DNA of 48,605 bases, taken from assembly GCA_903923345.1 (NCBI GenBank), contig CAIXXI010000084.1, positions 1-48,605 on the forward strand, read 5' to 3'. Position numbers and translations under genes: made by a program. The first letter of the stretch is position 1. Every line of letters begins with the position of its first letter. The stretch is from an uncultured Burkholderiales bacterium (GTDB lineage: Bacteria; Pseudomonadota; Gammaproteobacteria; Burkholderiales; Burkholderiaceae_E). Of the stretch, positions 18,162 to 27,785 are shown one piece after another. The notes below the pieces were generated by a model that made no database searches, was not told where the DNA came from, and saw only the letters and a program-made list of their open reading frames with translations.

Positions 18162-19664
18162 TCACGTGTGTGATGCTTCAGGTGACGCCAGCAGCGTCCG
18201 ATACAGGTCGGCATAACGCGAGGCCGGCGCCTGCCATGAGGTGTCCTGGGCCATCGCCCTGCGGATGATCTGTTGCCAGGCGGGCGGCTGGTGCCACAGG
18301 GTGTGGGCCCGATGCAGGGCACCGGCCAGCGCCTCGGACGAGGCGCCGTCGAAGGCAAATCCGGTGGCCCGATCCTCGCGCAGCGCCGATTCATCGGCAT
18401 CGACCACGGTGTCGGCCAGTCCGCCCACCCGGTGCACCAGCGGCAGGGTGCCGTAGCGCAGGCCATAAAGCTGGGTCAGTCCGCAGGGCTCGAATCGGGA
18501 CGGCACTCCGATCAGGTCGGCCCCGGCGATCAGGCGATGGGCGAAGGCCTCGTCATAGCCGATGCGCACCGCAACCCGCCCCGGATGCGCCTCAGCGGCG
18601 GCGCGCCAGGCCTGTTCCAGACCGGCGTCGCCGGTCCCCAGGAGGGCGACCTGTCCGCCCAGTGCCAGCCAGTTGCCCAGCGCCCCAAGCAGCAGGTCGA
18701 GCCCTTTTTGCGGCGTCAGCCGGCTGACCACCGTCAGCAGCGGTGCCTGCGGGTTTGCCTCCAGGCCGCACTCGACCTGAAGGGCCTGCTTGCAGGCCGA
18801 CTTCCCCTCCAGATGCTGGGCATCGTAGGGGGTGGCGATCGCCGGATCTGCCGCCGGGTTCCAGACCCCGGTGTCGATGCCATTGACGATCCCGGAGAGC
18901 GCCTGGGCCCGATGCTGCAGGACCGGCTCGAGTTGTTGCCCTTCGGCCGGGGTCAGGATCTCGCGGGCGTAGGTCGGGCTGACCGTGGTGATCCGGTCAG
19001 CAAACATCAGCCCGCCCTTCAGAAACCGCAGGTCGCCATGAAACTCGATGCCGGCCGGACCGGACATCCAGTCAGGCAGTTGCAGCCCGGCAAATCCTTC
19101 CACCGGGAACCGTCCCTGGTAGGCCAGGTTGTGCACCGTGAGCACGCTGCGCGAGCGACGTTCGGTGCCGGCATGGGCCCCGTGCGCCGCCAGATACACC
19201 GGCGTCAGGGCGGCATGCCAGTCATGGGCGTGCAGAATCTGGGGTGACCAGTTCGGATCGAGGCCGCCCTCGGCCAATTGCGCTGCGACCCAGCCCAGCA
19301 GGGCAAAGCGCAAGGCGTTGTCCGGCCATTCGCTGCCGCTCGGGCCGAGATACGGATTGCCCCGGCGCGCAAAGAACCAGGGCGCATCGATCAGATAGAC
19401 CGGGATCGGATAGCCTGGAAGGCGCCCGCGCAGCAGCGTGACCCGCCCGGCACCGAAGGCCGGGCCGCATTGCACAATCACCCGCGCCGATTCGATTGCT
19501 TCGCGCAGGGCCGGGTAGCCGGGCAGCAGCAGCCGCGCATTCAGGCCGATGTCGTGCTGGGCAACCGGCAGCGCCGCCACCACATCGGCGAGCCCCCCGG
19601 TCTTGACCAGCGGAAACCACTCGGCCGCCGCATGCAGCACCCGCAGCGAACCGCCAGCTTTCAT
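18162..19664 (-). CDS. glgA: Glycogen synthase (ADP-glucose type)
   Basis: The N-terminal [27 protein letters not shown] (KTGGL motif) and overall GT5 architecture fit, at 500 aa. The start overlaps the glgC stop (19661-19664). Confidence 0.95.
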   Translation of the reverse strand: MKAGGSLRVLHAAAEWFPLVKTGGLADVVAALPVAQHDIGLNARLLLPGYPALREAIESARVIVQCGPAFGAGRVTLLRGRLPGYPIPVYLIDAPWFFARRGNPYLGPSGSEWPDNALRFALLGWVAAQLAEGGLDPNWSPQILHAHDWHAALTPVYLAAHGAHAGTERRSRSVLTVHNLAYQGRFPVEGFAGLQLPDWMSGPAGIEFHGDLRFLKGGLMFADRITTVSPTYAREILTPAEGQQLEPVLQHRAQALSGIVNGIDTGVWNPAADPAIATPYDAQHLEGKSACKQALQVECGLEANPQAPLLTVVSRLTPQKGLDLLLGALGNWLALGGQVALLGTGDAGLEQAWRAAAEAHPGRVAVRIGYDEAFAHRLIAGADLIGVPSRFEPCGLTQLYGLRYGTLPLVHRVGGLADTVVDADESALREDRATGFAFDGASSEALAGALHRAHTLWHQPPAWQQIIRRAMAQDTSWQAPASRYADLYRTLLASPEASHT

Positions 19665-20923
19665 TCGAGTCGGGCGAGCATGTCGCGGGTGATCAGGGTG
19701 ACGCCGTTTGCGGTGCGGTTGAAGCGGGCGGCATCGAGTTCGGGGTCCTCGCCCACGACCAGCCCGTCGGGCACGATGCAGCCGCGATCGACGATTGTCC
19801 GGGTCAGGCGCGCACCCCGTCCGATCTGCACCTCCGGCAGCAGCACCGACCAGGACACCTTCGAGTACGAGTGCACGCGGCAGCTCGAAAACAGCAGCGA
19901 GCGGTCCAGGGAACCGGAAATGATGCAGCCACCCGAAACCATCGACTCCACCGCGGTGCCTTTTCGCTCCCCGGTGTTGTGAACGAACTTCGCGGGCGGC
20001 AGCTGTTCCTGATAGGTCCAGATCGGCCAGTCCCGGTCGTAGAGGTTCAGGTCCGGGTCGGTTGCGGTCAGGTCGATATTGGCCGACCAGTAGGCATCCA
20101 GCGTGCCGACGTCGCGCCAGTACGGCTGTTTGCCGGGTTCGGTGCCGACGCAGCTCAGCCCGAACGGATGGGCCACAGCGTGCCCGGCCCGCACCAGTGC
20201 CGGGATGACATCGCGGCCGAAGTCGTGTTGGGTGGTGTCGCCGCTCATGTGCCGCGGCAGCTCGTCATAGAGCAGCTCAGCATCGAACAGGTAGATGCCC
20301 ATGCTGGCCAGGCTGGTGTCAGGACGGCCCGGAATGGTGTCCGGTTCGGCCGGCTTTTCGTTGAATTCCAGGATGCGGTTGCGCTCGTCGACCTTCATCA
20401 CGCCGAATGCATGCGCCTCACTGCGTGGCACCTCGATGCAGCCGACCGTGCAGGCCGCACCATGCTCGACATGGTCGACCAGCATGCGGGTGTAGTCCAT
20501 CTTGTAGATGTGATCGCCGGCCAGCACGAGGATGTAGTCGGGCCGGTGGGCGCGCAGGATGTCGAGGTTCTGAAAGACCGCATCGGCGGTGCCGCGATAC
20601 CACGAGGCTTCATCGATGCGCTGCTGCGCCGGCAGCAGGTCAACGAACTCGTTCATCTCGGACTTGAGAAAGCCCCAACCCCGCTGGATGTGGCGCAGCA
20701 GGCTGTGGGATTTGTACTGTGCCAGCACGCCCATGCGCCGGATGCCCGAGTTCAGGCAGTTGGACATGGCGAAGTCGACGATCCGGAACTTGCCGCCGAA
20801 GTAGACCGCCGGTTTGGCGCGGGTGTCGGTGAGCTGGCCCAGGCGACTGCCGCGCCCGCCGGCCAGCACCAGTGCAACAGCACGACGAGGAAGTTGAAGG
20901 CGGGCCAGCGCTTTTTCGGTCAT
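19661..20923 (-). CDS. glgC: Glucose-1-phosphate adenylyltransferase
   Basis: [43 protein letters not shown] plus the C-terminal left-handed beta-helix region. 420 aa. Confidence 0.95.
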   Translation of the reverse strand: MTEKALARLQLPRRAVALVLAGGRGSRLGQLTDTRAKPAVYFGGKFRIVDFAMSNCLNSGIRRMGVLAQYKSHSLLRHIQRGWGFLKSEMNEFVDLLPAQQRIDEASWYRGTADAVFQNLDILRAHRPDYILVLAGDHIYKMDYTRMLVDHVEHGAACTVGCIEVPRSEAHAFGVMKVDERNRILEFNEKPAEPDTIPGRPDTSLASMGIYLFDAELLYDELPRHMSGDTTQHDFGRDVIPALVRAGHAVAHPFGLSCVGTEPGKQPYWRDVGTLDAYWSANIDLTATDPDLNLYDRDWPIWTYQEQLPPAKFVHNTGERKGTAVESMVSGGCIISGSLDRSLLFSSCRVHSYSKVSWSVLLPEVQIGRGARLTRTIVDRGCIVPDGLVVGEDPELDAARFNRTANGVTLITRDMLARLE

Positions 20924-21086
20924 CGATCCACTCCTGGCGGCCGCGCCGCAATGAATTAGTGTACGAAATCCGATGCCCCTGGACTCGTTATGGTGGAGCA
21001 GATCACTGAATTATGCTTCGCTCGCGTCTGCCCCAACCCGTCAGTGTCTCAATTGGGCGTGACAAGCGCGCTTCCCCGGAGTCGAC

Positions 21087-21836
21087 ATGATTGAACTGCT
21101 CAGCCAGCCTCAGGTCTGGATCGCCTTTATCACCCTCACCGCGCTGGAGCTGGTGCTGGGTATCGACAACATCATCTTCATCTCGATCCTGGTCGATAAA
21201 CTGCCGGTGACGCAGCGCGAAACCGCCCGGCGCATCGGCCTGTTCCTGGCGATGTTCATGCGCATCGGCCTGCTGTTCCTGCTGTCCTGGATCATCGGAC
21301 TGACGGCCCCGATCTTCACGCTGCCGGTGTTCGAGCATGCCATCTCCGGGCGGGATCTGATCCTGATCGTGGGCGGCCTCTTCCTGGTCTACAAGAGCAC
21401 GCATGAAATTCACCAGCTGCTCGAGGGTGAAGCAGGCAGTGAGTCGCGTGCGGTTGCCGCATCGTTTGCTGCGGTGATCGGGCAGATCATGTTGATCGAC
21501 CTGGTGTTTTCCCTGGACTCGATCATCACCGCAGTCGGCATGGTCGATCGCATCGAAGTGATGATCGCTGCGGTGGTCGTGTCGGTTGTGCTGATGATGC
21601 TGTTTGCGCCGGCGATCGGGCGGGTGGTCTCGAACCACCCGACGCTCAAGATGCTGGCGCTGTCGTTCCTGCTGGTGGTCGGTGTGGTGCTGATCGCGGA
21701 CGGCTTCGAGCACCATGTGCCCAAGGGCTACGTGTACTTTGCGATGGCGTTTTCGGTCGCGGTCGAGGTGCTCAATATCCGGATGCGCCGGCGGCGCACC
21801 GACCCGGTCAAGTTGCGCGAACCCTACACGGACTGA
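21087..21836 (+). CDS. TerC family integral membrane protein
   Basis: WIAFITLTALELVLGIDNIIFISILVDKLP and a second LDSIITAVG repeat are characteristic of TerC/YoaE-N-type proteins. 249 aa. Confidence 0.85.
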   Translation: MIELLSQPQVWIAFITLTALELVLGIDNIIFISILVDKLPVTQRETARRIGLFLAMFMRIGLLFLLSWIIGLTAPIFTLPVFEHAISGRDLILIVGGLFLVYKSTHEIHQLLEGEAGSESRAVAASFAAVIGQIMLIDLVFSLDSIITAVGMVDRIEVMIAAVVVSVVLMMLFAPAIGRVVSNHPTLKMLALSFLLVVGVVLIADGFEHHVPKGYVYFAMAFSVAVEVLNIRMRRRRTDPVKLREPYTD

Positions 21837-21851
21837 CGGCGCGAGCCGTCC

Positions 21852-22235
21852 TCAGTTGTCCGAGGGGTCGTCGCCCGACTCGTGCGGCTGCGAGCCGCGC
21901 TTGACTTCGACCATGTCGAGTTCGCGCACCTGACGCAGCAGGTCCTCGAGCGCGCCCTTGGGCAAAGCACCGGGCTGCGAAAACACAATCACCTGCTCGC
22001 GAAAGATCATCAGGGTCGGAATCGAGCGGATGGCGAAATGCCCGGCCAGCGCGCTCTCTTCGTCGGTATTGACCTTGATGAACTTGACGTCCGGGTTTTC
22101 GGCAGCGACCTGCTCGAAGATCGGCGCAAACGACTTGCAGGGCCCGCACCAGGGCGCCCAGAAGTCGATCAGGACGATGTCGTTGCTGCCGACGGTGGCA
22201 TCAAATTGGGCAGTGGCGAGGGATTCGACGCTCAC
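21852..22235 (-). CDS. Thioredoxin with acidic C-terminal tail
   Basis: Active site is LIDFWAPWCGPCK, with a cis-Pro region IRSIPTLMIF. Its GTG start overlaps the stop of the upstream GT4 gene (GTGA at 22232-22235). About 20 extra C-terminal residues (...QPHESGDDPSDN). Confidence 0.9.
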   Translation of the reverse strand: MSVESLATAQFDATVGSNDIVLIDFWAPWCGPCKSFAPIFEQVAAENPDVKFIKVNTDEESALAGHFAIRSIPTLMIFREQVIVFSQPGALPKGALEDLLRQVRELDMVEVKRGSQPHESGDDPSDN

Positions 22236-23506
22236 GGGCGGATTCCGTTGGCTGAGGGGCGGCTGCCAGTGTAGCCATTTCGGGATCGACTGCCGGCCAG
22301 GTCGGCCGGAAATGATTCGATCGAGGCCAGGTAGGTGGCTTCGACCTGACTGACGATGCGCTCCCAGCTCATGGATTCGGCGCTGGCACGTGCGTTTGCG
22401 GCCATCGATACGGCTGACAGCGGGTCGCTGGCGAGTTGGGCGGCCATCTCGACGAAGCGATCAGCCCGCCCGACCGGAGCCAGCAGGCCGTTTTCGCGAT
22501 GACGGATCAGCTGGCCCGCGGCGGCGCAGTCGTAGGCCAGCACGGCCAGTCCACTGGCCATCGCCTCGGGCACCACATTGCCGTAGGTTTCGGTCAGGCT
22601 GGGAAAGATGAAGTAATCGGCGCTGGCGTAGTGAGCCGAGAGGGCCTCGCCACTTTGTGCGCCGGCGAAGATCGAGGTGGGGCTGCGGGCCTGCAATTCA
22701 CGGGCTGCCGGGCCGTCGCCCACGAGCACCACTTTCAGGTCGGGCGCAACGCGCCGCATCGCCTCGGTGGCGTCCAGGAACAGGCCCAGGTTTTTTTCAG
22801 GGGCCAGCCGACCGACGACCAATGCCACCCGAGTGTTTTCTCTGCAGCCCCAGCGTGCCCGAAGCTCTGCGCTGCGTTTGGCCGGATCGAACTTGACGGT
22901 GTCGACGCCGCGCGCCACGACCCGCAGCCTTCTGAAGCCGTATTCCTGCAGTTCCCGTGAGAGTGCTTCCGTGGGCACCATGGTGAACTGCGATCGGTTA
23001 TGGAATTTGCGCAGATACGACACGATGGGCTTGTGCAGCCAGCCCATGCCGTAGTGCCGGCTGTAGGCATGAAAGTTGGTGCGAAAGTCGGAGCAGACAG
23101 GCAGTTTCAGCCGAATCGCGGCCTGAAGCGCCGACCAGCCCAGGGGCCCTTCGGTGACGATGTGGACCAGGTCCGGGCGGTGCCGAGACCAGTGGTCCAC
23201 CAGCGCGCGTTTGGCGGGCAGGCCCATGCGCAGGTGCGGATAGCGGGGGATCGGCAACCCCCGCAGCAGCACTTCGTTGAGTCCGAGCGCGTCGGTGCCG
23301 GCGGAGTCGTCCGAGTTCTGACGCGGGCGCACCAGCCGGACGTGGTGGTCCCGGTCGCGCAGGCCCTGCACCACCCGGGCGGTGGTCAGCGAAACCCCGT
23401 TGACTTCAGGCGGATAGGTTTCGGTGACGACAGCCACACGCAGGGTTCGGCGAGTGGGCGGGAGATCGTCGACACGGATGGCCGACAAACGGTCATGATC
23501 CAACAT
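22232..23506 (-). CDS. Glycosyltransferase family 4 (GT-B)
   Basis: The N-terminus LRVAVVTETYPPEVNGVSLTTARVVQGL is typical of GT4 glycolipid/mannosyl-type transferases. C-terminal motif is IFPSLTETYGNVVPEAMASGLAVLA. Start taken at ATG 23506 (MLDHDRLS...); the track start at 23584 is possible. Confidence 0.85.
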   Translation of the reverse strand: MLDHDRLSAIRVDDLPPTRRTLRVAVVTETYPPEVNGVSLTTARVVQGLRDRDHHVRLVRPRQNSDDSAGTDALGLNEVLLRGLPIPRYPHLRMGLPAKRALVDHWSRHRPDLVHIVTEGPLGWSALQAAIRLKLPVCSDFRTNFHAYSRHYGMGWLHKPIVSYLRKFHNRSQFTMVPTEALSRELQEYGFRRLRVVARGVDTVKFDPAKRSAELRARWGCRENTRVALVVGRLAPEKNLGLFLDATEAMRRVAPDLKVVLVGDGPAARELQARSPTSIFAGAQSGEALSAHYASADYFIFPSLTETYGNVVPEAMASGLAVLAYDCAAAGQLIRHRENGLLAPVGRADRFVEMAAQLASDPLSAVSMAANARASAESMSWERIVSQVEATYLASIESFPADLAGSRSRNGYTGSRPSANGIRP

Positions 23507-23723
23507 CACAACAGGATGACAGCGCTGCGCAACAAAGTGATGACGATTCGGTTGGAGGCCACAGGTGTGGCGCACGCCCGTCACCGCCTGTCGCGTCAGT
23601 GATACGTTCGTCGGTGAACTCGATTTGTCATCGATAAGTCACACCTTCTTCACATAGCTTGGTCACCATCCGGTCACACCAAAAATGGCGCGGCCTTGGT
23701 GGCTGATTCCCGGACGGAGAACC

Positions 23724-24335
23724 ATGAAAGATTTCCTCGAGCAGTTGCGTGTCCAGCGTTGGGACGACCATCGCTTCTACCATCACAGCACCATCAATCA
23801 GTCGCTGCATCTGATCAGCGCGCTGAGTTTTCTGGTCGCTTATGCCCTTCTCTTTGTTGACCCGGCCATCTCGGGCCTGGTTGCCTGGCTGGTCTCGATG
23901 ACCACGCGCCAGTGCGGCCACTTCTTCTTTGAGCCCAAGGGCTATGACCAGGTCAACCAGGTCACCCATGAGTACAAGGAAGACGTCAAGGTCGGCTACA
24001 ACCTGCGTCGCAAGGTGGTGCTGATGGCGATCTGGGCCATCTCGCCGCTGGTGCTCTGGATGGATCGCAGCCTGCTCGGTCTGATTGAGCCGAGCGTGGG
24101 CTCGTGGGAATTCGTGCGCGATGTCGGTCTGCTGTGGCTGGCCCTCGGCGTGGGCGGTCTGGTCTTCCGGGTGTTGCAGCTGACTGTTCAGCAAAGCTTC
24201 ATGACGGGCGTGGTCTGGGCGACGAAGATCATCACCGACCCGTTCCATGACGCGAAGCTCTATCACCGGGCGCCGTTGCGCCTGATGCGTGGCGAACTGA
24301 TCGATCCGATGGATTCGGTCAGTCGCCACGGCTGA
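23724..24335 (+). CDS. Mpo1-like / DUF962 family membrane protein
   Basis: ATG at 23724 is preceded by GGAGA. YHHSTINQSLHLISALSFL and QCGHFFFEP resemble the H..N...H and GH.FE signatures of DUF962 (yeast Mpo1 family). Four hydrophobic segments. Confidence 0.5.
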   Translation: MKDFLEQLRVQRWDDHRFYHHSTINQSLHLISALSFLVAYALLFVDPAISGLVAWLVSMTTRQCGHFFFEPKGYDQVNQVTHEYKEDVKVGYNLRRKVVLMAIWAISPLVLWMDRSLLGLIEPSVGSWEFVRDVGLLWLALGVGGLVFRVLQLTVQQSFMTGVVWATKIITDPFHDAKLYHRAPLRLMRGELIDPMDSVSRHG

Positions 24336-24339
24336 TTCG

Positions 24340-26007
24340 TCAGACGCGGTCTTCCCCAGAGAAGCGCCGCGCCAGCAGTTCCTTCAGGATCCCGCGCCGG
24401 ATCGAGCGATCGGTCAGCGCGGGATTTTTCCACCACCAGCCGTCCTGCTGCATGCGGGTGCCTGCTTCGATGAAGCGCTGCAGAGCCGCTTCGAAGTCGG
24501 CATCAGTGTAGTTCAGGCTGAAGACCATCCGGCCGGTCCCGACCCACGACAAGGCCAGTCCGGCGTCCCGAAGGTAGTACTGGAGCATCCAGTTGTAGCG
24601 GCTTGGTTCGGTGTAGTAGACCGTCCAGATAGAGGACAGGTTCGCGACCCTGACCGGCAATCCGGCCTCTTCGAGGCGTTGATTGAAGCGCGCGGCGCGG
24701 CTGTTCCAGCGCTCATCGAGTCCATCGTAGAGCGCGCTGATCTCCGGGGTTTCCAGCCGATCCAGGAATGCGGCCATCGCACCCATGACATGCGGATGAG
24801 AGTTGAATGTGCCGCGGGCAAAGCAGATGTCGGCCGGGCGTTCGTCGCGCCAGCGCCGCATCAGGGCGGCGCGACCGCAGACGACACCGACCGGCAGTCC
24901 GCCGCCCAGCGTCTTGCCGTAGGTGACCATATCGGCCTGCACACCGAAGTACTCCTGTGCGCCGCCGCGGGCGAGGCGAAATCCGACGAAGACTTCGTCG
25001 AAGATCAGCACGATGCCGCGCGCGGTACAGACCTCGCGCAACTTGCGCAGCCATTCGGTGTACGCGGCGCGATCGAATCCGGCACGGCGCGAACTGTCGA
25101 CCAGCGAGGAATCGCCGGGCGCGGATTTGTTCGGGTGCAGGGCCTGCAGAGGGTTGATCAGCACGCAGGCGATGTCCTTGCGGGTGCTCAGCACCTTCAG
25201 CGCCCGATCGCTCATGTCGCTCAGGGTATAGACATCGCGCGGCTTGACCGGATTGCCGGGGCCGGGCTGCACGTCCTCCCACCAGCCGTGGTAGGCGCCG
25301 GTGAAGCGCACAAGATGCGTGCGGCGGGTGTGATAGCGGGCCAGACGCACTGCCTGCATGACCGCCTCGGTGCCGGACATGTGAAAGGAGACTTCGTCCA
25401 GGCCCGAGAGGCGCTTGAGGCGCTCGACGTTATCAGCGACCACCGGATGCAGGCCACCGAGTACGGCGCCGAGCTGGGCGACGCGGCTGGCACCGTCGGC
25501 CATGCAGTCCTTGTAGAAATCATTGCCAAAGACGTTCACGCCGTACGAGCCGGTGAGATCGTAAAAGACGTTGCCGTCAAGGTCGGTGACCGTGACGCCA
25601 CTGCTCGATTGAACGAAGGCGCCGACCGGCAACTGCTCGCGCACGTAACGGCTGTATTGGAACGGGACGCGATAGGCGCCGGTGAACTGCAGGTCCGAGA
25701 TGCCTTCACGGGCCCGGCGGGTCATTGCAATCGACTCCGGAAACTTGCCTTTGAAGGCGGCCGAGAGGGCGGCCATCCCGGCCCGTCGCTTGAGCACGAC
25801 GTCGGGGGGCGCGTCATCCGAGGCGTAAAAGCGCGCTTCGTCATAGGTATAGCCCGGCAGCAGGCCTGCGACCCGCTTGGCCATGCGCGAATGTCCGGCC
25901 AGAGACGGGTGCTTGGCCCGAGACAGTTGCAGTCGACGGTGAAGTCGCGGCAGGGTCACTGCAGCGGCACCGGCCAGCAGGGCATATAAGGTGATCGTTT
26001 CGTCCAT
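24340..26007 (-). CDS. Class III PLP aminotransferase, glutamate-1-semialdehyde-aminomutase-like, with ~130-aa N-terminal extension
   Basis: FHMSGTEAVMQAVRLAR, LIFDEVFVGFR and the PLP-Lys region MVTYGKTLGGGLPVGV match the HemL-like subgroup. The extra N-terminal region carries a hydrophobic segment (ITLYALLAGAAAVTL). I chose ATG 26007 because the track start at 26142 would overlap the divergent psd-like gene. Confidence 0.8.
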   Translation of the reverse strand: MDETITLYALLAGAAAVTLPRLHRRLQLSRAKHPSLAGHSRMAKRVAGLLPGYTYDEARFYASDDAPPDVVLKRRAGMAALSAAFKGKFPESIAMTRRAREGISDLQFTGAYRVPFQYSRYVREQLPVGAFVQSSSGVTVTDLDGNVFYDLTGSYGVNVFGNDFYKDCMADGASRVAQLGAVLGGLHPVVADNVERLKRLSGLDEVSFHMSGTEAVMQAVRLARYHTRRTHLVRFTGAYHGWWEDVQPGPGNPVKPRDVYTLSDMSDRALKVLSTRKDIACVLINPLQALHPNKSAPGDSSLVDSSRRAGFDRAAYTEWLRKLREVCTARGIVLIFDEVFVGFRLARGGAQEYFGVQADMVTYGKTLGGGLPVGVVCGRAALMRRWRDERPADICFARGTFNSHPHVMGAMAAFLDRLETPEISALYDGLDERWNSRAARFNQRLEEAGLPVRVANLSSIWTVYYTEPSRYNWMLQYYLRDAGLALSWVGTGRMVFSLNYTDADFEAALQRFIEAGTRMQQDGWWWKNPALTDRSIRRGILKELLARRFSGEDRV

Positions 26008-26075
26008 CAGGGCGTCCAGCAAAGAGTCATCAGAAAAACAGACTTCCACCTGTAACCTAAGCGCTTGACATATCG

Positions 26076-27002
26076 ATGAAACCCTCATTGTCCACTGACC
26101 CCACCGCCACGCCTCAGGCGCCTGTTTCCAGGCTTGCTGCACTGAGGGATCGACTGCTGTTGCAGGAAGACCTGAACTTCCTGCTGACCAACCGTGTACC
26201 GCGGATAGGGTTGACGCACCTCATGGGATGGTTCAGCCGGATCGAGAGTCCCTTGCTGGCCAAGCTGTCGATTCGCGTCTGGCGGCTGTTTACCGACCTC
26301 GATCTGAGCGATGCGCGCGAGCAGCGATTCGGCAGTCTGCATGCGTGTTTCACCCGGGCGCTCAAGCCGGGTTCACGGGTGTTCGATGCGGACCCTTCGG
26401 TGATTGCCAGCCCATGCGATGCGATCGTCGGCGCCTGCGGCAGTCTCGAGGGCATCAATGCCCTGCAGGCGAAAGGCTCGTCGTATTCGATGGCGGAACT
26501 GCTCGGGGACCCGGCTGTGGCAGAGCGGTTCCGGGGCGGTCGATACGTCACGCTGAGACTGACCTCGGCGATGTACCACCGGTTTCATGCGCCCGACGAG
26601 GGTCGACTGAAGCATGTCACGTACATCACCGGCGACACCTGGAACGTCAATCCGATCGCGCTGGATCGGGTCGAGCGTCTGTTCTGTCGCAACGAACGTG
26701 CGGTGCTGCATACCGAGCTGGTGGGCGGGGCGCCGGTGGCCTTGATCGCGGTCGCAGCCATTCTGGTGGCCAGTGTGCGGCTGCATGCACTGGATGTCCG
26801 GCTTCACCTGCGCTACAAGGGGCCCAACGAGATTGATTGCGATGTGCCCTTTGCACGCGGCGAGGAGCTGGGCTGGTTCGAGCACGGCTCCACGATCATT
26901 GTGCTGGCCCCGCCTGGATTCGAGCTGTGCGAGGGGATCACAAGCGGCACCCGGCTGCGGGCTGGCATGAGGCTGATGGCCAAGGGAGCCGCTGCAGCCT
27001 GA
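26076..27002 (+). CDS. psd: Phosphatidylserine decarboxylase family proenzyme
   Basis: LTNRVPRIGLTHLMGWFSRIESPLL resembles the N-terminus of long-form Psd. YHRFHAPDEG and the self-cleavage-type site WFEHGSTIIVL (G-S-T) are PSD family signatures. Whether this is the housekeeping copy or a paralogue cannot be told from this window. Confidence 0.7.
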   Translation: MKPSLSTDPTATPQAPVSRLAALRDRLLLQEDLNFLLTNRVPRIGLTHLMGWFSRIESPLLAKLSIRVWRLFTDLDLSDAREQRFGSLHACFTRALKPGSRVFDADPSVIASPCDAIVGACGSLEGINALQAKGSSYSMAELLGDPAVAERFRGGRYVTLRLTSAMYHRFHAPDEGRLKHVTYITGDTWNVNPIALDRVERLFCRNERAVLHTELVGGAPVALIAVAAILVASVRLHALDVRLHLRYKGPNEIDCDVPFARGEELGWFEHGSTIIVLAPPGFELCEGITSGTRLRAGMRLMAKGAAAA

Positions 27003-27038
27003 TCTGCAGGGCGGCTCCGCTTGCCCGCTGACAGGTGA

Positions 27039-27653
27039 TCAGGCGCTGGCGCTGGGCAGCGCCTTCATGCGCTCGTACAGGGCGACGATGTTCTTGTTGG
27101 CCGGATTGATCGGCTGGGCGATGTTGCCCCCGAAATCGAGGAACACGAACAAGAGGACATCGGCCAGTGTCATGCGATTGCCGCAGACGAAGGGGCGTCC
27201 GGCGATCAGACCATCAAGCCAAGTCAGCTTTTCCTGGGCGAGGGCTTTGAGGTCGTCTGCTGCCTGGGGAATCACCCGGATGCGCGACTGGAACATCTTG
27301 AGGCCCTCCGAAAACCGGAAGCCGTTGGCCATCGGTTCGATGATGTTCAGGTCGATGCGACGCACCCACATCCGCGTTTCGGCTCGCTCCTGCGCGGTGC
27401 TGCCGATCAGGGTCTTGCCAGCTGGCCCGATTTCGTCGAGGTACTCGCAGATGGCAGTGATTTCGGCCAGGACCATGCCGTCGTCGAGTTCGAGGCAGGG
27501 CATCTGCCCGGCCGGGTTCTTGGCGAGATAGGGCGTTTGACGGTTTTCGCCGCCGCGAAGATCGATCTTCGTGCTGGGCAGGTCGACGCCGCGTTCAGCA
27601 GCGAACATGCGAACGACGCGAGGGTTCGGTCCGACTGAGTCATAAAACAGCAT
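27039..27653 (-). CDS. Glutathione S-transferase
   Basis: Start at ATG 27653 (MLFYDSVGPNPRVVRMF...). The thioredoxin-like N-domain carries QMPCLELDDG, followed by a helical C-domain. 204 aa. Confidence 0.8.
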   Translation of the reverse strand: MLFYDSVGPNPRVVRMFAAERGVDLPSTKIDLRGGENRQTPYLAKNPAGQMPCLELDDGMVLAEITAICEYLDEIGPAGKTLIGSTAQERAETRMWVRRIDLNIIEPMANGFRFSEGLKMFQSRIRVIPQAADDLKALAQEKLTWLDGLIAGRPFVCGNRMTLADVLLFVFLDFGGNIAQPINPANKNIVALYERMKALPSASA

Positions 27654-27785
27654 GGCGGTCTCTTTGGCAGGTGGGGAAGCGCCGCAGCTTAACGGCGGGA
27701 TCCGGGATCGGGCCAGCATGTTGGTCCACAAACGAAACCGCTACTTGGCCAGTCATCCAGACTTGTGGAGGTTGAGGTGGGGCGG

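Noticed and set aside
19871-20959. A 362-aa + strand ORF antisense to glgC.
   Set aside because: glgC on the minus strand has unmistakable ADP-glucose pyrophosphorylase motifs, whereas the antisense translation has none. It is a GC-driven shadow ORF.
20992-21086. The leader of the TerC-family gene, inspected for a yybP-ykoY (Mn2+) riboswitch.
   Set aside because: Only partial resemblances are present: GGAGCAG vs the conserved GGAGUAG, GUGACAAG vs UUGACAUA, and a 3' CUUCCCC. I could not build the four-way junction by hand. The TerC subtype here (YoaE-N-like) is also not the classic riboswitch-controlled one. An Infernal search with RF00080 would settle it.
24679-25989. A 436-aa + strand ORF antisense to the class III aminotransferase.
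   Set aside because: The reasoning is the same. The minus-strand product carries the PLP-lysine and DEV..GFR motifs, and the antisense product is featureless.
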